The notes beneath the pieces are model-generated. The model was given only the letters and a program-made list of their open reading frames with translations, was not told where the DNA came from and searched no databases. Source: Nitrospirota bacterium (GTDB taxonomy: Bacteria; Nitrospirota; UBA9217). From it: a stretch of 64,000 nucleotides of DNA. Below are positions 34,355 to 42,741 of this stretch, piece by piece. The DNA lies in contig CAVVOB010000015.1 in NCBI GenBank assembly GCA_963749655.1, positions 1 through 64,000 on the forward strand, given 5' to 3'. The position numbers and the translations under genes are program-made. The first letter of the stretch is position 1. The number at the start of each line of letters is the position of its first letter.

Positions 34355-34549
34355 ATCGAGAAAGGACTCCTCGCTGTAGCAGTCGTGCTGTTCCGGCGGA
34401 TAGTGACGACGTTCCTGATCCGGATGATTCCTGGTCCCTGTTTATCATTTCCAGTCTCATTGTTGTTCCTCTTCCCGATCACTTCTCGGTCTGCAGTTGT
34501 CGCCGGCGACCTCGGCCCGGCGGCCGATTTCCGCCCGGAGGCCCTATTC

Positions 34550-35854
34550 CTAAAACTCCTTCGTGATCCTGATCGCTGCCCGGTTGTTCATATAATTGTT
34601 ATCGACCGCGACAGGAGATGCGGATCGAATGTATGAATAGTCGAGCGACAGAATCAGGTCTCTCGTGAGATAGTGCTTGAATGCACCTCCGTAGATCTGC
34701 GTCCTCGTGCGGACTGACGGGCTCAAGGTCCGGTCTTCGAGGTCCTGGTACTGGGCGGACAGGGCAAGAGACGTGCGGCCCGAGAACCGATGATTGAGCG
34801 ACGCCCGGTAATCCGTGCTCGAAGCCGTCGGAACGTTGCTTCTCGCGTCACGGTAATCGTTCCGCGTTGCGCTCACTGCAAAGTCCGAACGCGACAGGAT
34901 ATGGGAAAACGACACCGTATAGGTGTCCACCTGTGTGGAAATGGTGAGCGGGTCCTCGGGAAACGACCGCTTCCAGTCGAGGGACAGGGTCGTTGCAGAG
35001 ATCTTTTCGGATATCCCCGCGCTGCCGCTGACGTATTCCCGGCTCGGCGATTGGTCATAATCGAGATGACCCGTGCCTATGGTGGCGTAAAGGAAGGAGT
35101 CTTTATCGAATTCGTACCGGGGGCCGGCATAAACGTCTGTCTGCTCGTAATTTTCAACCTCGTTGCGGTCCCTGGTTTCCTGCACACCGACTGATATCGT
35201 GAGCCGTGACGACGGGGTCCACGTCGCTTCGGCGAACAGGGTCGCGTCCTTGCGGTCCACGGCCGACGCGCTCGCTGATGACGAAATATGCGTATAGGTT
35301 GTTTCACGGTACTGAAAGCCCGTGGTCACGGCCACCAGGTCAGACGGGCGCAGTACCGCGAACGGACGGACGGAAGCGATGTTTTGTTCGGCCTGATTGA
35401 CGACAAGGCTTTGCTGCGTGTAGTCCCGCTCGATATTGAGCGATACCCTGCTCAGATCATCGGCGGCCTCGAGAAACAGCAGGTTGTCGAAAAGGACCGT
35501 CCTGTTCTTCAATTTCAGCGTCTGTGCGGAGTCGTCCCCGACGGTGCCCCGCTCGAAGTGCCGGTAGTCCAGTGAATAATCGGCGTCCCAGGTCCAGAAT
35601 GGGGATTGGTAGTGGAATACGATTGCCGGGACAGCGTGCGTTATCGTGTCTTCCTTCCCGTTGACATGTTCCAGAAGGATATTGTCGTTATATTCTTCGC
35701 CGAGAGTAATGGACGGTTTCATGGTGAACTCCGCTGCGACCGCCGGTCCGGACCAGAACAGGACGGCCGCTGCAAACACTGCTGCGAGCGACGCGTACGG
35801 CCTGCCGGCGGAAGCAAAGCGCTTCAGACTACTGTCCTTCGCTTGACGTGACAT
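34550..35854 (-). CDS. EPS-associated outer-membrane beta-barrel (TIGR03016/EpsL-like)
   Basis: Signal peptide, PSITLGEEYNDNI, amphipathic strands, terminal Phe; position in locus. Confidence 0.78.
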   Translation of the reverse strand: MSRQAKDSSLKRFASAGRPYASLAAVFAAAVLFWSGPAVAAEFTMKPSITLGEEYNDNILLEHVNGKEDTITHAVPAIVFHYQSPFWTWDADYSLDYRHFERGTVGDDSAQTLKLKNRTVLFDNLLFLEAADDLSRVSLNIERDYTQQSLVVNQAEQNIASVRPFAVLRPSDLVAVTTGFQYRETTYTHISSSASASAVDRKDATLFAEATWTPSSRLTISVGVQETRDRNEVENYEQTDVYAGPRYEFDKDSFLYATIGTGHLDYDQSPSREYVSGSAGISEKISATTLSLDWKRSFPEDPLTISTQVDTYTVSFSHILSRSDFAVSATRNDYRDARSNVPTASSTDYRASLNHRFSGRTSLALSAQYQDLEDRTLSPSVRTRTQIYGGAFKHYLTRDLILSLDYSYIRSASPVAVDNNYMNNRAAIRITKEF

Positions 35855-36731
35855 TGAGAGCGTCGTCGCTGCTTCCGGATTTTGCGCCCGGCACCGTTCC
35901 GGACCGATAGTAATAGGGATAGCGGCTCTGTGACGGATACTTTTTCACATTGTTCAAAACCGATCCGAGAATATTGTAGTCCTGGATCAGCGACAGCGCC
36001 TGCGCGCCCGATTTGCGGTCCGATCGCCCCGCCTGCGCGACGAAAATAACGCCGTCGACGAAAGCGCAAAGGGAAAGACTGTCGGCCGCGGCCAGGAGCG
36101 GGGACGTGTCGAAAATAACATAGCGGTCGCGGTACCGTTCCTTGATCTCGAGAACCATCGATTTCATCCGTGACGAATTGATGAGCTCTGCGGGGTTCTC
36201 CGGCGGTTCACCGGCGGCAATAACGACGAGCTTGCCGATGCCGGACTTGATCATGAGCTTGGGCAATTCGACGCGCCCCGCCAGATAATCGCTCAATCCG
36301 AATTGCGGCTTCAGCCCCAGATAGGTATGCACCGACGGTTTTCTTAAATCGGCGTCCACGAGCAGCACGGTATGGTCCAGTTCATGGGAGATGGATACGG
36401 CGAGATTGATGGCCGTAACGCTCTTGCCTTCGCTCGGATGAGCGCTGGTGACCATGATCGTGTTGTGCCCGTCCTTCTTCGTGCCGGCGAGCACGCGGAC
36501 GCGGAGCTTCCGGTATTCCTCTGAGGCATAACTATAGGGATCGGTTATGGTGACGATATGGCTGTTCACGTTTGCGACGTCGACGCCGCCTTCGCCTGCG
36601 TCAAAGACCGAGGAAGGAAACGCATGGACAATGCCCCGCGCTGATGACGGGACGCCTGCGCTGACCGGCGCCGGAGCCTTGACCGATCTCATTTTTACGG
36701 CTTTTTCAAGTGCCCGTTCAATCCTGCTCAT
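35829..36731 (-). CDS. polysaccharide biosynthesis tyrosine autokinase (CpsD/CapB, XrtA-associated type)
   Basis: MSRIERALEKA, EEYRKLR, Walker A SAHPSEGKS, LLVDADLRKP, IFDTSP, Tyr-rich tail YPYYY. Confidence 0.9.
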   Translation of the reverse strand: MSRIERALEKAVKMRSVKAPAPVSAGVPSSARGIVHAFPSSVFDAGEGGVDVANVNSHIVTITDPYSYASEEYRKLRVRVLAGTKKDGHNTIMVTSAHPSEGKSVTAINLAVSISHELDHTVLLVDADLRKPSVHTYLGLKPQFGLSDYLAGRVELPKLMIKSGIGKLVVIAAGEPPENPAELINSSRMKSMVLEIKERYRDRYVIFDTSPLLAAADSLSLCAFVDGVIFVAQAGRSDRKSGAQALSLIQDYNILGSVLNNVKKYPSQSRYPYYYRSGTVPGAKSGSSDDALNVTSSEGQ

Positions 36732-36742
36732 AGAGTGCCCCG

Positions 36743-38320
36743 TCAACCTCGAAAAATGCCGATTCCCAGATACCGGGATGCCGCCTCTCCGATCAGAACG
36801 AGTATGATCAGCAGGAGGTAGGCGCCGGAAGCGACAAAAACCTTCTTGTCGCGGGCCGCTTCGATCTGTATATCCTCTTCGGTGATAATAGCCGGGATCG
36901 ATGCCAGAACGGGGATCCGCAGCCCCTTCTCTACATCGTCCACATTCTTGAAAGACCTGTCAAAATAGTCGAGAGCTGCCGCCGCGGCTATTCCCGATGC
37001 GACGCCCAGGAACAATCCCATGAGAATCATTCGAATACGGTTGGGGCTGACGGGAACACGCGGCATGACCGGCGGATCGACGATGCGGAGACGCGTCGTC
37101 TTGTCGGCGAGCTCGAGATCTTTCGTAACCCGTGCGCTTTCCCGCTTCTGGATCAACTCGTCGTAGACCCGCTGATAGGCGTTCCGGTCCCGCTGGATCT
37201 TGGACCACTCTTCCTGCTCTTTCGGCATCCGCCCCAGGTCCGCCCGCCCCGTGTTCTGCAGTCTTGTCAGCTCGTCGAGCCGGGCTTTGAGCGACTCCAT
37301 CTCCGATTCGGTCTTGGAAAGCTCTTCCTTCATCTGGCGGTACACGGGATTCATGGCCTGCATTTCCCCGCCCCCTTCGCCCTTCTTTTTATCACTTTTG
37401 ATGCCGAGCTCCATCTGTCTCTGAAGCTGATCGATCTCGCTCTTGATCCGTATGACATCGGGATAATCTTCGGTATACTTGCTCAGAAGAAGCATGAGCT
37501 GGTTGTTCAGGTAATTCAGCCTGCCTGCCGGCGAATCGTCGTGAGAAACAAAGGCGACGGTCATTTCCTTTTCGCCCGACAGCTGCTTTCGAAGGCTCTC
37601 CCGTTTTCGCTGAAGCTCCTTCAGCCTGATCTCCGTATCGATCCGACCTGTCTGGTAATTCTCGATCCTTGCGAGAAGCGTGGCTTCACTCTGGGGAACC
37701 ATGGTGGGGTTCTTTTCGCGAAACTCGCGAATGGCCTTGTCGGAATCCTCCAGCTTTTTCTTATACTCATTGAGCTGTTCGTCGATGAAAGCATAGGCGC
37801 CGAGGGCATCGTTGATCTGGAGGCCCGTGCTTTCGGCGATGAACTCATTCACCAGCGCTTCCAGCATGGTGTACACCTCTTTGGGCTCCCTCCCCTGATA
37901 GGATATCTGGAACAGGTTCTGGGTCCGTCTGTCTCCCACGCTGCTGATGGCGGTCACCTTGAGATCCTTCTGGATCGAGGCAATCCTGCCGTCATATTCG
38001 ATGGTGTCCTTGGAGCTTTCGATCCGGTCAAGCTTTTTGAGGACACGCCCGATGATCGTCCTGCTCGTTATCGTGTTCCTCAGATCAATGAGGCTCTGAT
38101 CTCCCGGAGGAACGCCGACGCCCTGGATGAGGGGATTCAACAGCGCGCTTTTCTCTATGGTTACGGAAACCGATGCCTCGTAGGTCTTCGGGCACAGGTA
38201 GCTCCCCCAGGTGAACAGCGAGACCACGAGCAGAGCAGTGGCCAGGGCTATATACCGCCTCTTCCAGATCAGGTCCCGGTACCGGTTGATATCGAATCCG
38301 GTTGGTTCTTCTTCGTGCAT
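36743..38320 (-). CDS. polysaccharide chain-length determinant (Wzc N-domain, XrtA-associated type)
   Basis: Two TMs flanking a coiled coil, YTEDYPDV, IVDPPVMP..PVSPNR. Confidence 0.88.
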   Translation of the reverse strand: MHEEEPTGFDINRYRDLIWKRRYIALATALLVVSLFTWGSYLCPKTYEASVSVTIEKSALLNPLIQGVGVPPGDQSLIDLRNTITSRTIIGRVLKKLDRIESSKDTIEYDGRIASIQKDLKVTAISSVGDRRTQNLFQISYQGREPKEVYTMLEALVNEFIAESTGLQINDALGAYAFIDEQLNEYKKKLEDSDKAIREFREKNPTMVPQSEATLLARIENYQTGRIDTEIRLKELQRKRESLRKQLSGEKEMTVAFVSHDDSPAGRLNYLNNQLMLLLSKYTEDYPDVIRIKSEIDQLQRQMELGIKSDKKKGEGGGEMQAMNPVYRQMKEELSKTESEMESLKARLDELTRLQNTGRADLGRMPKEQEEWSKIQRDRNAYQRVYDELIQKRESARVTKDLELADKTTRLRIVDPPVMPRVPVSPNRIRMILMGLFLGVASGIAAAAALDYFDRSFKNVDDVEKGLRIPVLASIPAIITEEDIQIEAARDKKVFVASGAYLLLIILVLIGEAASRYLGIGIFRG

Positions 38321-38329
38321 GGACTGCTC

Positions 38330-39182
38330 CTAAAAAAAGCTGCTGTTGACCCGTACGATATCGCCCGGTTTTAAAACGACATTCTTCGCGATCTTTCCGT
38401 TCATTACATCCTTAAGCGGCACCTTGATGTTCTTTACGACTTCATCTTCTTTACGGACGATGACGACCCCGTTCCGGCTGGCATATTCAGTAAAGCCGCC
38501 TGCGCTCAGTACGGCATCGAGCGCCGTCATGCCCTCGGCGAACGGGACGAGACCGGGCGTCTTTACTTCACCGACGACGCGAATCCGGGTGGTGATTCCG
38601 CCGGGAAGATAGATGATATCGTTGGGCTCCAACTTGACATCCTGGCTCAGATCGCCTTTCGTCATAAGTCTCAAAAAATCCACGGCAAGCCTTTTTCCGT
38701 CCCGTGATACGAAAGCGTCCTGCATCTGTACGCTGTCGAGGGACCCCAGCTGTGCAAGCATCTGGAGGAGCGTGGTGTCCCGCTTCAGCGTGTACTGACC
38801 GGTGGGAAACGATCCGTTTCCGGACGGGGCCGTCCGGGAAAGCCCTTCGCCGAAAATGTAGATTCTTGAAGCTGTTGACCGCCGTGACGAGAACGCTTAC
38901 GACGGGCGCTTTCATAAACTTCGCAAGATCCTTCTCCAACGCCACCTTGAGCTCTTGCGGCGTTTTGCCGGCCGCCCGTACATCGCCGACGAGCGGCATG
39001 GAAACCATGCCGTCAGGCCGAACAGGGACATGAACGCTCAGTTCTGCATTTCCCCAGACCGAAATCTGAAGCATGTCCTCTTCGCCGATGATATAGGCCC
39101 GGGCCGTGCCCGGTGCTGCAACGGCCGAGATGAGCACGAAGAGCAGTACGGAGAATCGGATGCTTGGGATTATTCTTTGCAT
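38330..39182 (-). CDS. wza: polysaccharide export protein (Wza/SLBB), frameshifted
   Basis: YIIGEEDMLQISVW, VRPDGMVSMPLVGDV, VVGEVKTPG, AGGFTEYA, LKPGDIV. Confidence 0.85.
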
Positions 39183-39405
39183 AATGTCTCCCGTCCGGTT
39201 CTCAGTGGGAACCGGACTTTTATCTTTCACCAACCACCGTTTGCTCCGGAAGCGAGCGCCATGGACGGATGTTGTTCCTTTATGGCCGGATATAGCTTCG
39301 CCCCTTCAGTTACAGAGGCTTTCTGCAACATGATGCAAACACGCATTTCTTGTGGGAGGCGCGGCCCTGACATCGGACCCTTTCTACGAAGCCGACGATT
39401 GCTTT

Positions 39406-40071
39406 CTATACCGTTTCTATATCCTGGGGCGAAATAGCGACCGAAACCGACCGGCCGAGCAATTCGATATTCACCTGGAACAGATACCCGTCGTCCTTCC
39501 TGAAAAGGGTTCCCTCGGCTGTTTTCAAGGGACCGTTCTTTACCCGCACACGGCATCCCTGCAGAAATTCAGGATACAGGTTGATCGCGATACCGCTGTC
39601 GACGAGGAGCCGCAGAGACTCGACTTCTTCATTTGCGATCGCCGTCGGATGGCCGGGCTCCAGTGAGACGAAACAGGCGACCCCGCGCGTCTGAAGGACT
39701 TTGATGAACAATTCAGCGTGACGCGGTATTCGCACAAACAGATATCCCGGGAAAAGGGGCTGCTCGAGGTGTTTTTTTCTGTCCTGCCATTGCCTGACGC
39801 TGGTTACGGTCGGCAAGAATGACGTGATGCCTTTTTTCATCAATTCACAGGCCGCGACAAATTCATGCCTCGACTTTACCGCGACCGCATACCAGTTCTC
39901 CAGACAAGCATGGTCGTCCGTCCCGTCAAGGGACTCCCCGGCAGGCGCGGCAACGGCGGCCTCATCCGACTGTTCGAAAACATCCGGATCGCTCCCGCTC
40001 AGTTCCGCTGCCGGTGCAGCGCATTCTGCGCTGTTCGCAGCAGCCGGCTTGTCATCAACATCTGTCTGCAT
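39406..40071 (-). CDS. UpxY-family transcription antiterminator (NusG paralog)
   Basis: WYAVAVKSRHE, RQWQDRKK..PLFPGYLFV, KOW-like RVRVKNGPL; AGGAAAGG before ATG 40071. Confidence 0.88.
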   Translation of the reverse strand: MQTDVDDKPAAANSAECAAPAAELSGSDPDVFEQSDEAAVAAPAGESLDGTDDHACLENWYAVAVKSRHEFVAACELMKKGITSFLPTVTSVRQWQDRKKHLEQPLFPGYLFVRIPRHAELFIKVLQTRGVACFVSLEPGHPTAIANEEVESLRLLVDSGIAINLYPEFLQGCRVRVKNGPLKTAEGTLFRKDDGYLFQVNIELLGRSVSVAISPQDIETV

Positions 40072-40099
40072 GAGCCCCGCCTTTCCTGTCATCAGCTGC

Positions 40100-40985
40100 C
40101 TAACTGGATTTGAGCGCGTTGATAAGCGCCGTGCAGTTCAATGATCGATCGGAACCGTTGTCTTTGCCCCAGAAATGTCCTTCAAAGTCCAGGTCGCCGG
40201 CGATTTCCTGCACCATGTCGATATCGACATCCCTCCGCTCTTCATTGAAGGCCGTGAGCAGAAGAAAATCACACAAGATGTTCAGGAGCCTCGGAATTCC
40301 GCGACTGTAGCGAAAAAGATGATCGATGCATCCTTCCCCGAAGGTTACCGCACCCCTGTTTCCGGCGATCTCCAGCCGGTGGAAGATATACTGTTCAGTC
40401 TCCTCCCGCGTAAGAGGATGGATACGGCAGCTGACGCTGATCCTCTGTCTCAGCTGTCTCAGCTCGGGAAGCGCCAGACTGTTCCGCAGTTCCGGCTGGC
40501 CGACCAGAATGATTCGAAGCAGCTTGGTCGTGGCGGTTTCGAGATTCGACAGCATTCTGATCTCCTCGAGGAGGTCGGGCTTGAAGTTCTGCGCCTCGTC
40601 GACGATCAGCAGGGACTGGTTGCCCTTTGCGTACTGCTCGATCAGGAAATCATAGAGTTCTTTCAGCAGCTTGACCTTGTCTTTTCCCTTGCTGTCGAGG
40701 CCGAAATCGTCGTTGATCATGGCAAAAAGCTGCTCCGAATTGACGTTCGTGTTGAAGATCTTCGCAAACACCACGTTCTCGTCAAGACGTTTTAACGAGA
40801 TCGCTGAGGAGCGTTGTCTTGCCCGAGCCGACGTCGCCGGTAAGAAGTATGAATCCCGCCTTTTCCCGTATGCCGTAGTTCAGGTATTGCATCGCCTTCT
40901 TATGCGTCTTGCTCATAAAAATAAAATCCGGATTCGGCACAAGCTCGAAGGGCTTTGTTCTTAAATTGAAGAAGGACTCGTACAT
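40100..40985 (-). CDS. ExeA/GspA-like AAA ATPase (XrtA-associated type), frameshift near 40790
   Basis: MYESFFNLRTKPFELVPNP, GDVGSGKTT, IVDEAQN, LVGQPEL, LRQRI, GIPRLLN. Confidence 0.88.
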
Positions 40986-41088
40986 GACGCCGGCGGTCTC
41001 CTTTTCGGCATCGTCATACCGGCGCTGCGCTGCCGCCGATGCTCCGATCTATCCGAATCGCCCTGACTTCCGTCCCCGGCGGGGACGG

Positions 41089-41467
41089 CTACTGAATCTC
41101 CTGAACAATGCCCCTCGACATCGCCTGGCCTACGAGTATTCTGAACTTGTGGTAGTCCAGCGGTTTGATGAGACAGTGCGACAAGGTCTTGTCAAAATCG
41201 TCGAGAGCTCTGGTAAGATCATGACAGACCTGGTCGGAAAGAATGATCGTGGGGATCCTCGATCGCTGAAGCTTGCCGAGGAGAGACGCGCAGTAAGGAT
41301 AGCTGGTAATGACCAGCCCCAATTCATCACTGGTTCCGGTCGAGGTCTACCTGGAACACGTCGGGAACTACGTTTATGCTGTATCCTTCTTTTTCGAGAA
41401 GCGCCGCGCAGATGCGACAGAAGATCGCATCGTCGACAATGAGTATCTTTTTCTTATGCATGTCCAT
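41089..41467 (-). CDS. stand-alone atypical receiver-domain protein, frameshift near 41330
   Basis: KKILIVDD...LVITSYP...IPTIILS...CLIKPLD across two frames. Confidence 0.7.
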
Positions 41468-41481
41468 CTCGCACAAAGAGT

Positions 41482-41497
41482 AGCAATTATGATGCCG
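41482..41497 (-). promoter_or_regulatory. sigma54 -24/-12 promoter of the EPS operon
   Basis: CGGCATCATAATTGCT matches YGGCAY-N5-TTGCW with exact spacing, just upstream of the first operon gene. Confidence 0.75.
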
Positions 41498-41557
41498 CTG
41501 CTGATACGCTGTTTTTTCGTGACCTTGCGGCCCTCTGCATGAACGCAGGTTCCAGCC

Positions 41558-41619
41558 TGTGTCCCTGGGATACATATTTTCGAAATTGCGGGTTCCTTTC
41601 GATGTAGCCGCGGGATACA
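41558..41619. promoter_or_regulatory. two putative enhancer-binding-protein sites, TGT-N11-ACA
   Basis: TGTGTCCCTGGGATACA (41558-41574) and TGTAGCCGCGGGATACA (41603-41619), centred about 95 and 140 bp upstream of the predicted start site. Confidence 0.6.
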
Positions 41620-42105
41620 CCATTCTTCATCCTCTGTAAAATCAACAATCTAAGTATTCCGATTGTACCCTGCCGGGGCACTATTCATCCCATGGTCAGC
41701 GGCTCGAAGCGGCATCATGCTCGCAGAAGTCGATGTGATCGCGCTCAACAGCGAAACGAGGGTGGCTTCTGACGACGCCGGGAATTCCGTCGTCATTGCC
41801 AGTAACTTCAAATGGTTTATCCGTGATGAATCGCCGGATAAAAACACAAAATTGCATTCGACCATGACAGGATTTTCGCACCAGCCCCGGATTTTGCGGC
41901 GGTATGCTTCTTGCACTTTTCCGGGTGGATCATTTTCGGGTGCCCGTCACTTCGCGGTTACATCGAGCCGCAGCCTTAGATAGTAAGCATCAGTAAGGAC
42001 GCGGATGCCGCTCTGGCTGTCTTCGCGAACAGAAGACACGGTGCAGCTGAATTTTTTGCTGAACAAACAGGTATTGCTGTGTATTCCACCCATCCGGAGG
42101 AAAAC

Positions 42106-42648
42106 ATGAAAAGAGCGCTTCTGCAGTTCATACTCCCCTTTGCCGTTTTCACGGCGCTCGCATCCTGCAGCTCGAGCAGCCGGAGCACAAACGGAGGCAC
42201 TAACACAGCCCCCCCCACATCAGCCGTTATCGTTTTTGCAACGTCGGTGAGCGGAACGCTGCCGGCGAACACGGTTATCACGGGCTACGACCTGACGTTC
42301 ACCCTTCCGTCAGGGGTGACTGTAAAAAGCTCGGTCCCGCCGACAACGGATGACGGTGTTGTTCAGGCAACGGGAGCGGCATCGGGGTCCATGATCACCG
42401 CCGTCTATTCTCCCGCAACGGGCGCCGGCAACGGCACGGTCAGAATCATGCTGGCGGATGCAGAGGGATTCAATGCCGGTGAATTCAGCACCGTGGTCTG
42501 CGATATCGCCGACGGTCACCAGCCTGATCCATCGGATTTCTATCATGGCCAGATGTCGCTGGCAGTGAGCGGATACGATACGGCTACGGATACGACCGTA
42601 AACCTGACCGCTGAGCTGTCGCTTTCTGCATCGGTGACGATACAGTAA
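42106..42648 (+). CDS. lipoprotein with cohesin-like beta-sandwich domain
   Basis: GGAGG RBS; lipobox LASC; Ser/Thr linker; ITGYDLTFTLPSGVTV...GTVRIMLA..GFNAGEFSTVVCDI pattern; the cohesin call is inference. Confidence 0.6.
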   Translation: MKRALLQFILPFAVFTALASCSSSSRSTNGGTNTAPPTSAVIVFATSVSGTLPANTVITGYDLTFTLPSGVTVKSSVPPTTDDGVVQATGAASGSMITAVYSPATGAGNGTVRIMLADAEGFNAGEFSTVVCDIADGHQPDPSDFYHGQMSLAVSGYDTATDTTVNLTAELSLSASVTIQ

Positions 42649-42741
42649 GGAAGAGCAGACGGATTCTGAAAGTCGAGAGCTTCCAGCCGACCGCTGAAAG
42701 CTCAAAGATTAGAAAACAGGAAGCAAAGGGGGACCCGAACC

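Noticed and set aside
1-41467. Exosortase gene or PEP-CTERM-tagged proteins
   Set aside because: No xrtA-like gene and no VPEP + TM + basic tail found here; they may lie outside the window
41470-42741. c-di-GMP riboswitch or glmS ribozyme in the leaders; short ORFs at 41650-41983
   Set aside because: No consensus elements recognisable by eye (an Infernal search would be decisive); the ORFs lack support
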